Shown here: piece by piece, positions 17,551 to 27,334 of the stretch
How positions within the stretch are numbered: the first letter of the stretch is position 1
Layout of the letters: every line of letters starts with the position of its first letter
Program-made: the position numbers and the translations under genes
The notes under the pieces: model-generated
Told to the model about the DNA's origin: nothing
The model's database searches: none
The model's input: only the letters and a program-made list of their open reading frames with translations
Source: Candidatus Latescibacterota bacterium
GTDB taxonomy: Bacteria > Latescibacterota > UBA2968 > GCA-2709665
NCBI GenBank assembly: GCA_965116875.1
Contig: OZ220733.1
Span: forward strand, 3,168,001 to 3,232,000
Direction: 5' to 3'
Length of the DNA: 64,000 bases

Positions 17551-20500
17551 TCAGAAACGGCTTCCCGGCCGGAATCGCGCCGTAGGCGGTGTCTGTTCGA
17601 AGGCGTTGGTGAAGGCGATAAAATCTCCGAATCCGACCGTTCCGTCGCCGTCGAGGTCATAGCGCATATCGGTGGAACCGTATGCCCGCGCGAAGAGGAG
17701 GAAGTCGGCAAAGTCAACCGCGCCGTCGCCGTTGAAATCGGCCCGGCCATCTGTAGGCGGAGGCGGTGGGGGTGGAGGTGGAGGCGGGACCGGCGGGGAC
17801 TCGCGTTGATATTCCGGGGGGAAGTCTACGGTGAGTTGAAGGATGCTGTTGTTGTTCGTGTCGGCAACGTAGACCCTGCCCTCCGGATCCTTGGCGAGGC
17901 CCGACGGCGAATTCAGCGTCGTCTCGGTACCGGCGCCTTCGGCCTGGTTGAATCCCGGAAATCCCGTACCGGCCACGGTCTGTATGATGCCCAGGGTCAG
18001 GTCCAGCACCCGTATCCGATGGTTGCCGGTGTCCGCGATGTAGAGGTATCCGTTGTTGTCCACCGCCACGTCAACCGGGCCGTTCAGCAGGGCCGTTTTG
18101 CCGGGTCCGCCGTCGCCGGAAAAGCCGGCGTCTCCGGTACCGGCCACCGTGGAGATAAGGCCCTCGGCGTCCACCATCCGGATGCGATGGTTGCCCGTAT
18201 CGGCGATGAACAGGCGCCCCCGGCTGTCCGCGGCAACGCCCTCGGGCCCGTTCAGCGCCGCCATCGTAGCGGGTTCTCCATCGCCCGCGTAACCCTCCTG
18301 AAAGCTGCCGGCAGCGGTGGAGATGATGCCGCCGGCGTCCACCTTGCGGACCCTGTGATTGAAGCGTTCCGCAATCCAGACGTTTCCCTGCGGGTCCGCC
18401 GCTACACCCACGGGACCAGACAGATTCGCATCCGCCGCCGCGCGCCCGTCGCCTCCGTAACCCGGGATGTCCCTGCCGGCGAAGGCGAGGATGTCCTCGC
18501 TTGAAAGGTCGATCCGGCGCACGATATGACCGCTCACTTCACCAACGATCAGATCGCCGTCCGGAATGAGCGCGAGGCCCCGGGGATCACCGAGACTGGC
18601 TTCTGTTGCCGGTCCCCCCGTGCCGATGGAAATCCCGATTCCATCTCCTGCGATCGTGTTGATCGAGCCATCCGCGTCGACCCGTCGCACCCGGTTGTTG
18701 CCCGAATCGGCGATGTAGAGGACGCCGTCTGCTGCGACCGCGACGCCCCTCGGGGTGTTCAGGAACGCCTGGTCGGCGTTGCCGCCGTCACCCCCGAAGC
18801 TGCTCTGGCTCCCGCCGATTCCGGCGAGGGTGCGTATGGACGTGTGGTCCGGCCCGATGGGCGGCAGCAGGCTGATCGTGATCCGTCCGGGGGGAAGGCG
18901 CTGGAACCGCGCGACTGCGGATACGTCGCCGGGCGTTGTACCGGCCTGAAAGAGGATGGATGCCATCCCGTCCCTCACCACCGCCGTATCGCTCCCGACG
19001 AAGGCGCCGTCACCGGATGAAACGCTGAAGATCAGGGGACGGTTGCCGATGAGCGTGACTTCGTCCCTGGCGTCCAGGATGCGGGCGCGGATTCGCGTTT
19101 GCGCCTCGCCGTTGGCCGCCAGGACGGGCACAGCGGCATCCAGCGCGACGCGTTCGGGCGGGGGTGGGGCCGTTTCGGTGACTTCAAGGACGGTGTTCAC
19201 GGCGATGTTCCTGAGGCGCTGTGCGATACCCGACGGCCATCGAACGGTCAGGGTATCCACCCGGTCGGCGTCGCCCAGGCCGAAGACTGCCGTCAGGGCG
19301 TCCTGGGAAAGATAGGACGCGCCGCCCGTGATCTCCCGGGTCGCGGCGTTGCCATCGAAGGCGATTTCGAATCGCGTGCCGATGGCATCCGGGCTGCTCC
19401 TCGTGGCGCGCGGGCGAATGGCCAGCCAGTTTCCATTGAACTCCCGGTTCCGGTAAAGATGGTCGGCGCCGTCCTGAACGACCACGAAGATGTCCAGCCC
19501 GCCGTCCCCGTTGAAGTCCGCCAGGGCCACGCCGCGGCTGTTGGCGCCGCCCGCCACGCGGAAGGAATCAGCCATGTCCGTGAAGGTCCCGCCTTCGTTC
19601 CGGTAGAGATTGTTCTTCCCGCCGGCATTGGAGACGAAGAGGTCCAGATCTCCGTCGCTGTCGAAATCACCCCAGACTGCGCCCCTGCTGTCCACGGTGT
19701 CCGGTCCCGCCACGTCGAAACTGCTGCTGGACTCCTCGAAACGGCCATTGGTATTGACATAGAGGCGGTTGCCTTCGCCGAAGTACGTCACGTACAGATC
19801 CAGGTCCCTGTCGTTGTCGAAATCGCCCCAGGCCGCGCCGAAGCTGGGACCGCCCAGTCCGAGTTCCTCCAGGCCCGCGTCCGACGATGCGTCCGCAAAG
19901 CTGCCGCCGTCGTTTCTGAAGAGTCGATTCGGCCCGCTGTTGGCAAGGAAGAGATCCGGGTCGCCGTCGCCGTCGTAGTCCGCCCACGCCGGCTGCAGGC
20001 TGCTGTTGTCGTCGTCCAGACCGGCATCCGCGGCGGCTTCGACAAAGCGTCCCCCTTCATTCCGGTAGTACCGGTTTTCGCCGAAGTTGGCCACGTAGAG
20101 GTCGGGGTCTCCGTCTCCTTCCACGTCCGCCCATGCGGCGCCGTATCCGTCTCCGGCGTCGTCCACTCCGGCTTGTGCGGCGATTTCGGAGAATCGGCTG
20201 CCATCGTTGCGGTAGAGCCGGTTGGGCTGTCCGAAATTCGTGACGTACAGGTCCAGGTCGCCGTCGCCGTCAACGTCCGCCCAGGCGGCCGCGCTGCCGT
20301 CGCCGTCGTCCGCCACGCCAACCACGGAGGCCACCTCCGTAAAGCCGTCGCCGTCGTTCCGGTAGAGCAGGTTGGACTGCAGACTGCGCACCACGTAGAG
20401 ATCGGGATCTCCGTCTCCGTCGTAATCCGCCCAGGCCGCGCCGAAACCGGCGCCCTCATCGGCCATGCCGCCGACATTCGCCACGTCGAGAAAACCGCCC

Positions 20501-22284
20501 GGCCTGGACTCCCTGCCGAATCCCCGGAGGGGTATTTTCAGCTCCGGGTCGTTCGGATCGTTGCTGTACAGGGTGAGTTCCGCCCGCTGCATCCCTGTGT
20601 TGACCGGACGGAAAACGACGTCCAGGCTCTGTCTCAGGCTCGACGGGATGCGCAGGGTATCGTCCAGACTGACGGAGAATTGTACCGGGTCCGTCAGTTC
20701 GGCGCGGAAGACGGTCAGAACGCCCGCGCCGAGGTTTGCAACCCGCAGGACGGTTGACTGCTCGCGGCCCACGTACGTACGATCGAATTCGATGCTTTCC
20801 GGGAACACACCGATGTCCGGCGCCGCGCCCGTTCCCGAGAGAGGTACGGTGAGCTCGGGACGCCATGGATCGTCGGTAATGACCGTGAGCGTTCCCTGCA
20901 CGACGCCTTCGTCCAATGGGCTGAACCGCACCTGAATCTCAATCTCCCCGGACGGATCGATTTCGATTGGAAACGCGTTCAGGAGGACGAACTCCTGCCG
21001 GTCGGTCGAAGCGCCGGACAGCGTGAGGGTGCGCCTCCCCACGTTTCCGACCGTAAACGTGCGCGTCACCTGGTCTTCCACGACGACCGCACCGAAGTCG
21101 ACTCGGGCGGCAGTCAGACGGAGAACGGGCGACTGAAAGGCGGGATCGAGGAGTTTTCGGATACGGCTGTTGCCCGTATCCACGACGATCAGGTCACCGT
21201 CGGGGTCCAGAACCACGCGAGAGGGCCCGCGGAGTTCGGCCAGCGGCGCCGGTCCGCCGTCGCCGGCGGACCCGAAATCGCCTGTGCCCGCCAGGGTGAA
21301 GATGTTCCCTGTTCCTGGGTCCACGGCCCGGACGCGGTTATTGCCGGTATCCGAGATATAGAGGGTTCCGTCCGCGCCCACGGCCACGCCGCCGGGCAGA
21401 TCGAGCCGCGCGTCGGTGGCCGGGCCGCCGTCGCCAGAGAATGCGCCGCCGCCGCCGAAAATGGGTCCGCGGCCGGCCACGGTGCTGATAATGCCTGTCT
21501 GACCGTCGATACGCCTGATGCGATAATTGTTGAAGTCCGCGATGAAGATATTTCCCGACGCGTCCACCGCAACGCCTTCTACCGTCAGTCCCGCTTCCAC
21601 CGCCGGGCCGTCGTCGCCGCCGAATGAGAAATCACCGTCGCCCGCAAGGGTGGCAATCACGCCGGTATCGAGGTCGATCCTCCGCACCCGGTTGTTGCCC
21701 CGGGCCTGTCCGTCCAGCCCGTCTGCAACATAGAGTCCGCCGCGGGGGCCCATCGCCAGGGCGACGATTTCACCGAGTACGGCGGAGACGGCCGGGCCTC
21801 CGTCGCCGTCGAAACCAAACTCGCCGCTGCCCGCGATTGTGGTGATGATCCCCGTGACGGCGTCGATGCGCCGGATGCGCCGGTTGCCCGTATCGCCGAT
21901 GTACACGTTGCCGGCCCCGTCAACCGCGACGCCCTGGGGCCTGTCCAGCTCCGCTTCGGTGGCGGGTCCGCCGTCGCCGGAGAATCCGGCTTCTCCGGTA
22001 CCGGCCAGGGTCGTGATTCGCCCGGTGACCGCATCCACCCTGCGGATGCGGTGCGTGCCGGTATCGGCGATATAGACGTGACCATCGGCGTCGGCAGCAG
22101 CGCCCAGGGGGACGCTCAGGGCAAGGTCCGTCGCGGGGATATTCTCGCCTTCCCGGTCGCCGCCGCCGGCAATGGTAATCAGCGAACCGCGATTCTGGGC
22201 GAATGACGCGTCGGCCAGGGCGAGCAGGAAACAAAGGACGAACGGTATTCTGCAGTTTTTTCGTATGATGCGCATAGACTGCAT
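17551..22284 (-). CDS. Giant secreted protein: NHL propeller, two ASH/Ig-like domains, FG-GAP/CRTAC1 with ASPIC-UnbV, Ig-like, second NHL propeller, Pro linker, C-terminal dockerin/EF-hand
   Basis: YIADTGNHRIR/GDGGPATxA repeats; WADYDGDGDPDLYV repeats; GASYLSQD..FGLG..VRWPSG; ADFNGDGAVDFADF..YDLDGDGTVGFGDF; signal FVLCFLLALADASFA; start 22284 or 22275 avoids overlap with the upstream gene. Confidence 0.85.
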   Translation of the reverse strand: MQSMRIIRKNCRIPFVLCFLLALADASFAQNRGSLITIAGGGDREGENIPATDLALSVPLGAAADADGHVYIADTGTHRIRRVDAVTGRITTLAGTGEAGFSGDGGPATEAELDRPQGVAVDGAGNVYIGDTGNRRIRRIDAVTGIITTIAGSGEFGFDGDGGPAVSAVLGEIVALAMGPRGGLYVADGLDGQARGNNRVRRIDLDTGVIATLAGDGDFSFGGDDGPAVEAGLTVEGVAVDASGNIFIADFNNYRIRRIDGQTGIISTVAGRGPIFGGGGAFSGDGGPATDARLDLPGGVAVGADGTLYISDTGNNRVRAVDPGTGNIFTLAGTGDFGSAGDGGPAPLAELRGPSRVVLDPDGDLIVVDTGNSRIRKLLDPAFQSPVLRLTAARVDFGAVVVEDQVTRTFTVGNVGRRTLTLSGASTDRQEFVLLNAFPIEIDPSGEIEIQVRFSPLDEGVVQGTLTVITDDPWRPELTVPLSGTGAAPDIGVFPESIEFDRTYVGREQSTVLRVANLGAGVLTVFRAELTDPVQFSVSLDDTLRIPSSLRQSLDVVFRPVNTGMQRAELTLYSNDPNDPELKIPLRGFGRESRPGGFLDVANVGGMADEGAGFGAAWADYDGDGDPDLYVVRSLQSNLLYRNDGDGFTEVASVVGVADDGDGSAAAWADVDGDGDLDLYVTNFGQPNRLYRNDGSRFSEIAAQAGVDDAGDGYGAAWADVEGDGDPDLYVANFGENRYYRNEGGRFVEAAADAGLDDDNSSLQPAWADYDGDGDPDLFLANSGPNRLFRNDGGSFADASSDAGLEELGLGGPSFGAAWGDFDNDRDLDLYVTYFGEGNRLYVNTNGRFEESSSSFDVAGPDTVDSRGAVWGDFDSDGDLDLFVSNAGGKNNLYRNEGGTFTDMADSFRVAGGANSRGVALADFNGDGGLDIFVVVQDGADHLYRNREFNGNWLAIRPRATRSSPDAIGTRFEIAFDGNAATREITGGASYLSQDALTAVFGLGDADRVDTLTVRWPSGIAQRLRNIAVNTVLEVTETAPPPPERVALDAAVPVLAANGEAQTRIRARILDARDEVTLIGNRPLIFSVSSGDGAFVGSDTAVVRDGMASILFQAGTTPGDVSAVARFQRLPPGRITISLLPPIGPDHTSIRTLAGIGGSQSSFGGDGGNADQAFLNTPRGVAVAADGVLYIADSGNNRVRRVDADGSINTIAGDGIGISIGTGGPATEASLGDPRGLALIPDGDLIVGEVSGHIVRRIDLSSEDILAFAGRDIPGYGGDGRAAADANLSGPVGVAADPQGNVWIAERFNHRVRKVDAGGIISTAAGSFQEGYAGDGEPATMAALNGPEGVAADSRGRLFIADTGNHRIRMVDAEGLISTVAGTGDAGFSGDGGPGKTALLNGPVDVAVDNNGYLYIADTGNHRIRVLDLTLGIIQTVAGTGFPGFNQAEGAGTETTLNSPSGLAKDPEGRVYVADTNNNSILQLTVDFPPEYQRESPPVPPPPPPPPPPPTDGRADFNGDGAVDFADFLLFARAYGSTDMRYDLDGDGTVGFGDFIAFTNAFEQTPPTARFRPGSRF

Positions 22285-22316
22285 TCGGGCGACAACCCGC
22301 TGTATGGCCGCCGGGC

Positions 22317-23318
22317 TCAACGCCCTTCGAAAAGGTCCCGTCCCCTTACGAGGGCTTCGATCTTCCGGTCGGCAACGCTGCGTTGGAGCATCCAGAAGCC
22401 GCAATCGGGATGGACGCAGGCGATTCGATCCGGCCCGAGGTGGCCCGCCGCGGCTTCGATGTCGGATGCGATTTCGTCAGGTGTCTCCACCACGTTGGTT
22501 TTGATGTCGATCACACCGATCCCTATCCGTACGGACTCGGGAACGTCCTTCAGGTATGCCGCGTGTTCGATTCCCCAGCGTTTGAATTCAAGGACGAGAT
22601 GGTCCGCCCGCAACGCGGCGAGAAACGGGACCAGGTCCTGCCACGCGCCTTTCTGAACGGTCTGGCCTCCGTAGTTCCCGAAGCAGACGTGTACCGCTTT
22701 TTCGACCTGAACCGCGTCGAGTACGGTGTTTAGCGCGCGCGCAGCCCAGACGGCTTCCTCAGGGTGACCTGGAATATTGGCTTCGTCGATCTGGATCACG
22801 TCCGCGTCGACGTCGGCAACCTGTCTGGCGAGGAGTTCTCCCAGCGCCAGGGCCGCGGCCGCCGGGTCCCCATAGTGGCGGTCCATCAGGACTTTGCTGA
22901 GCATGTGCGGCCCGGTGAGGGTGAATTTGAGCCTGGAACGCGTCAGGGGCCGGACCATGCGGCAGTCCCCGGGCAGATTGAGCGCGCCTTCGTCCAGTTC
23001 GCGCTCGATTATGCCCGCGGGGTCCGCGCGATAGGAAAGGCCGGCTTCCGAGCGAAATGCATTCAGGTCCTCACGCCCTAACCCGGTGGTGATACCGCCC
23101 AGTCTTCGTGCGAAATAGTCGATCATGCCGTTGGTTTCGGGATGATTGACGTCGAACCGGTAGAGCTCTCCGTCTGCGACAACGTCAATACCCGCGTCTT
23201 CCTGGGTTTTCAACACGACACGAATGGCATCGATCAACGTCTGTCGTGAGGGTGAGGTTTCAAGCCAGCCCGGCACGGGATAGCTTCCAACGACGGTGGT
23301 GAGAATGCGATGGGACAT
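22317..23318 (-). CDS. Cobalamin-independent methionine synthase II (MetE catalytic-domain-only) family protein
   Basis: TTVVGSYP, DGE, QIDE, HVCFGN, LEF, HPDCG zinc ligands. Confidence 0.85.
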   Translation of the reverse strand: MSHRILTTVVGSYPVPGWLETSPSRQTLIDAIRVVLKTQEDAGIDVVADGELYRFDVNHPETNGMIDYFARRLGGITTGLGREDLNAFRSEAGLSYRADPAGIIERELDEGALNLPGDCRMVRPLTRSRLKFTLTGPHMLSKVLMDRHYGDPAAAALALGELLARQVADVDADVIQIDEANIPGHPEEAVWAARALNTVLDAVQVEKAVHVCFGNYGGQTVQKGAWQDLVPFLAALRADHLVLEFKRWGIEHAAYLKDVPESVRIGIGVIDIKTNVVETPDEIASDIEAAAGHLGPDRIACVHPDCGFWMLQRSVADRKIEALVRGRDLFEGR

Positions 23319-23361
23319 GGCAGAAGGTTTCGTTGGGAATACCGGCAACTTGTGTCCGGAT

Positions 23362-24561
23362 TTAATCTTGCCGGTTTTTCGGGGGCCCGAACTCCCGGCG
23401 GATCGCATCCAGCCGGCTGCGGTTTTCCGGAGCGGGACTTCGCAGGGCCTCCATCAGGAATGCGAACAGGATGCTCAGGAGCAGGCTCAGACCGGCGGCG
23501 GTGCCAACCAGGAGTGCGCGCCGTGGACGGCTCCGGAAGTCGGGCGGCACGGCCGGGTCCAGGACTACGACAAGGGACGTTTCCTTTTTCTCTTCAAAGC
23601 TGCTTTTTTCGTATTCCTGAAGTACGAACTGATAGATCAGATTTCGGATTTCCATCTCGCGCATCAGCCGCATGGCCTGCAGTCCCAGGTCGGGGATCTT
23701 GTCCATCGGGAGCATGATACCGGGCATATCTCGAACGCCGCTCCCGCCGCTGTCCGGGTCCGATCCGGCGATGATGCTTTCCAGCGCCTCTCTCGCGCCT
23801 TCGATTTCGATTTCGAGCTGCCTGACCCTGCTGTTGTCGGGGTTCATCTGCAGCGCGGCGATTTCCCGTCGGATTTTCATTTCGCCCAGCGTTGTGGCGA
23901 TAAGGGAGGAGTAGGCGTCGATCTGGGCCTTGGTCTGACTCTCGATGTCAATGGCAGAATGTTCCTTCTGGAAGGCATTGTAGGCCACTTCGGCTTCGAT
24001 CATGCCGCGTTCGGCCTGCGCCAGGCGTTTTTCCAGGTAGCTGCGGAGGTCTCGCGCCTGTTGCTCGCGACGGTGCTTCAACGCAAGATCGAGCTCTTCC
24101 ACAAAGGCATTGGTAATCTCGGCGGCCGTTTCCGGTGATTCCGCTTCGTAGGAAACGGTCAGGAACTGTTCACGGGAGAGTTCCACTTCCAGCCGATCGT
24201 CGACCATCTGCAGGAGTTCCTCGCGGGTTTCGGCGTCGTACGTTTCCTGAAGATCGAAGCGGCGGATGATGCCTTCGGCCACGCGCTGGCTCTTGAGGAT
24301 GGGCACGAACTCGGTAGCCGAAACGACGCTTTCCCCGATGCCCAGCATGCCCACCGGGAGTTTTTCGAGAATGGCGGAGATTCCCAGCGTTCCCTGGCTT
24401 TCGCTGGGCGGAAAGAGGACGGCGCTTGCACGGTAGACCGGGGCGATGATCAGGCTGATGCCCGCCGTAACGACGGTTACCGTGAGACAGGTGACGAGTA
24501 TCATCCGCCGCCAGCGCACAAGGACAGCGAGATGGTCGAGGAAGTTCTTTTCAGTTTCCAT
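23362..24561 (-). CDS. Wzz/GumC-like polysaccharide chain-length determinant
   Basis: N- and C-terminal TM helices, coiled coil, VLDPAVPP..SRPRR; no kinase domain. Confidence 0.82.
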   Translation of the reverse strand: METEKNFLDHLAVLVRWRRMILVTCLTVTVVTAGISLIIAPVYRASAVLFPPSESQGTLGISAILEKLPVGMLGIGESVVSATEFVPILKSQRVAEGIIRRFDLQETYDAETREELLQMVDDRLEVELSREQFLTVSYEAESPETAAEITNAFVEELDLALKHRREQQARDLRSYLEKRLAQAERGMIEAEVAYNAFQKEHSAIDIESQTKAQIDAYSSLIATTLGEMKIRREIAALQMNPDNSRVRQLEIEIEGAREALESIIAGSDPDSGGSGVRDMPGIMLPMDKIPDLGLQAMRLMREMEIRNLIYQFVLQEYEKSSFEEKKETSLVVVLDPAVPPDFRSRPRRALLVGTAAGLSLLLSILFAFLMEALRSPAPENRSRLDAIRREFGPPKNRQD

Positions 24562-24755
24562 TAACCTTGATTCGTAAGTTTTCGTTGACGTTAAGTCGAA
24601 TATGTGCAAGTTAATAAAGGCGATTAGAAGGCGGATTACCAGGATACATCAGGTCGCTGGACGTGAACTGAAAAAATGTCCGTCCGGACGATGTTACCAC
24701 CCCGTTTCGGTGGGTTTTATCACGACGCCCGGTTGCAGTTTTTTTTGAATTGGGG

Positions 24756-26435
24756 TTAACGACTGATGCTCCGTACCGCAATGACCAGGGCGGCCACCTG
24801 TGAGAGCACGACCAGCGTCTCGCGGAAGAGCCGCCAGCCGTGAACGGGCTTCTTGCCCATGACGAAGATCGTGTCTCCGGGATTGACCTGCTGAACCCGT
24901 GAGGCTTTCGTCCAGTTGCCGGTGCTGCCCTGTATCACGTAGATTTCGCCCCTCTCGGCCTGTTCGTTCAACCCGCCCGCCCTGCTGATGTAGTCCTGTA
25001 CGCCGAGATTCGGTTCGTAGGGAACCGCGCCGGGCGTGATGACGTATCCGTTCACCGCAACCGAAGGCACGAGCCTGGGAATCCTGACGATATCCCCGTC
25101 CCTGAGCAGGATGTTCTGTGAGTCGTCCTTTTTCTCGAAAAGGGCGACAAAGTCGACCGGCAGGCGCCCCGCCATCTGCTGTTTCTGCATGGCCATATAG
25201 GTCCGCTGGGCGTCGGTCAGGCTGATGGGGCCGACGCTCTGCAACTGCTTTGGACCCGCCACCCCTTTCGAAAACTCGACGCGGCGGACCACGATGGACT
25301 GGGCGAGAGAGGCTCTGGACGTGAATCCGCCTGCTTTCCCGATCAGATCTTGCAGCGTCATCCCCGAACCGATGAAATAGGTACCGGGAAAGAACACTTC
25401 GCCTTCCACGTTGACCCGTCGCTCCTTCACGGCCACGTGGAGTTTGTCTCCCGCGCGAAGCGGCAGGTCCGCCTTCACGTCGCCGGCCAGCGCCCGCGAA
25501 ATCCGGATGGCGTGCCGTTCTTCACTTCCTTCCGCGAAGAACGAACGGAGCAGATCAGCGCTGGCGGTAGCGGCATCTCCGTGCAATCCCCCGGCCAGAG
25601 CAATCAGGTTGGAAACACGATCGCCGGAGACGAACTCGTAGCTCCCGGGCTTGTAGACCGCGCCAGAGATACGCACGGAGTCCGTGAGCGCCGGCACGAA
25701 GATCTGGTCGCCATCCAGCAGGAAGGGGTTGTGGACGATATCGCCCGAAAGCCGCCACAGGGCGAGGTCCGCCACGCGTCCGCCATCCGTTGGCGCGCCG
25801 CTTGCGGATAACCGCTGGATCTGAATATTCCGGTTGGAAGCTCTGCCATCCGGAGGTTTCAGTAATCCGCCCGCCTGGCTGATCAGTTCGGAAACCTGCT
25901 CCGTTCCCTCCACCATGTAGGTACCGGGATGGACCACCTGCCCCACGACGTTGACGGGAAAACTCCGCAGCCGGGCGAGAGAGATCTGGACGTCGAGATT
26001 GCGCAGGTTGTCGGTGACGGCGTCCTGAATCCGCTTGCGGCTTTCTCCAAGGTTGAGTCCCGCCAGTTGGATGGCGCCGACGTACGGGATGACCAGTTTG
26101 CCTTCCGCATTGACGAGAACGGGGAGCGTCACGGGTTCTTCGCCGGCTTCGATGTGGATGCTGAACGTGTCGCCGGGACCGACAATGTAGCGCTCTGATC
26201 GGATAATGGCGTCGTATGCGACTTTACCGATCCACTTCACGTCCAGGCCCTGCATTTCGTCCGTCTGAAGCGTTGCGCCGATCGATTTGCGATCGGACCT
26301 CCTCCGGCCGAGTTCCCGCCCCGGTCCGGATTGCGCGAACAGCATGACGGGTTCCGAGACGAGCCCGAAGGAAAGCACGATTGCGATCAGACGCAAGACA
26401 GGATTCGGTTTGCTGTAGGAGAAAAACCCGGTCAT
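24756..26435 (-). CDS. Wza/KpsD-like polysaccharide export protein with SLBB repeats
   Basis: YIVGPGD, GKLVIPYVGAI, repeated VxGxVxxPGxY and AGG motifs, amphipathic C-terminal helix. Confidence 0.85.
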   Translation of the reverse strand: MTGFFSYSKPNPVLRLIAIVLSFGLVSEPVMLFAQSGPGRELGRRRSDRKSIGATLQTDEMQGLDVKWIGKVAYDAIIRSERYIVGPGDTFSIHIEAGEEPVTLPVLVNAEGKLVIPYVGAIQLAGLNLGESRKRIQDAVTDNLRNLDVQISLARLRSFPVNVVGQVVHPGTYMVEGTEQVSELISQAGGLLKPPDGRASNRNIQIQRLSASGAPTDGGRVADLALWRLSGDIVHNPFLLDGDQIFVPALTDSVRISGAVYKPGSYEFVSGDRVSNLIALAGGLHGDAATASADLLRSFFAEGSEERHAIRISRALAGDVKADLPLRAGDKLHVAVKERRVNVEGEVFFPGTYFIGSGMTLQDLIGKAGGFTSRASLAQSIVVRRVEFSKGVAGPKQLQSVGPISLTDAQRTYMAMQKQQMAGRLPVDFVALFEKKDDSQNILLRDGDIVRIPRLVPSVAVNGYVITPGAVPYEPNLGVQDYISRAGGLNEQAERGEIYVIQGSTGNWTKASRVQQVNPGDTIFVMGKKPVHGWRLFRETLVVLSQVAALVIAVRSISR

Positions 26436-27334
26436 TCCGTGGTTACCCCGTCATGATCGACACGCAGGACGGCAGTGTCGACGTGCATGTTCCGTCGCGC
26501 CCACGCGTTCTTCATGGCATCCGCTATATTCGCGGCGTCATCGGTCGCAAAGGCCAGCAACGTCGGCCCGGCCCCGCTGAGGCAGGCGCCCATGGCTCCG
26601 GCGCCGTCCGCGGCTTCCAGGACCTCTTCGATTCCGGGCACGAGCGATGCCCTGTAGGGCTGATGGAGACGGTCGCGCATCGCGGATTTCAAAGCACAGA
26701 ATTCACCGCTCATCAGCGCCGCCGTTACCAGGCACGCGCGTCCCACGTTGAACACGGCGTCCCTGTGCGGCACCTGTTCCGGAAGGGCAGCCCGCGCGGC
26801 TTCGGTTTCGAGTTCGAAGCGGGGAACCGCGACCACGGCGCGGAGTTTCCGAGGCGGCAGGGCGCGAATCGTCTCGACGAGACCGTTTTCGCAGGAGCAG
26901 ACGACGAGGCCGCCCATGAGGCACGGCGCGACGTTATCGGGATGGCCTTCCAGTTCCGCGGCGAGGTTGAGCAGGGCGGGCCTGGATAAGGGTTCGTCCA
27001 TGAGCAGGTTGGCCGCATAGACGCCGGTTACAATTGCGGTGGAACTGCTGCCCAACCCGCGGGAGAGCGGAACACCGTTGTGCATCTCCACTTCCAGCCC
27101 GGGCAGGGACCGCCCGGCGCGCTGAGCGGCCGCGTCGGCGGACCTGAAAAAGAGGTTGGATTCGTCCAGCGGGAGTCTCCCGGCGCCTTTCCCGGTAATG
27201 AACATCCTCCTGCGGCGGTCATCGGACCGGGTTCGAATGACAACCCGGTTGTAGAGGGTCAGGGCAAGGCCGAGCGCGTCGAATCCGGGACCCAGGTTGG
27301 AGGTGGAGCCGGGCGCTCTCAGGCGGATTTCCAT
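26432..27334 (-). CDS. thrB: Homoserine kinase
   Basis: PGSTSNLGPGFD, PLSRGLGSS, EGHPDN, DRLHQPYR, LSGAGPT. Confidence 0.95.
   Translation of the reverse strand: MEIRLRAPGSTSNLGPGFDALGLALTLYNRVVIRTRSDDRRRRMFITGKGAGRLPLDESNLFFRSADAAAQRAGRSLPGLEVEMHNGVPLSRGLGSSSTAIVTGVYAANLLMDEPLSRPALLNLAAELEGHPDNVAPCLMGGLVVCSCENGLVETIRALPPRKLRAVVAVPRFELETEAARAALPEQVPHRDAVFNVGRACLVTAALMSGEFCALKSAMRDRLHQPYRASLVPGIEEVLEAADGAGAMGACLSGAGPTLLAFATDDAANIADAMKNAWARRNMHVDTAVLRVDHDGVTTE

Noticed and set aside
24665-24745. c-di-GMP-I riboswitch
   Set aside because: GAAA-containing hairpin present, but the GCAAA and second-stem consensus are missing
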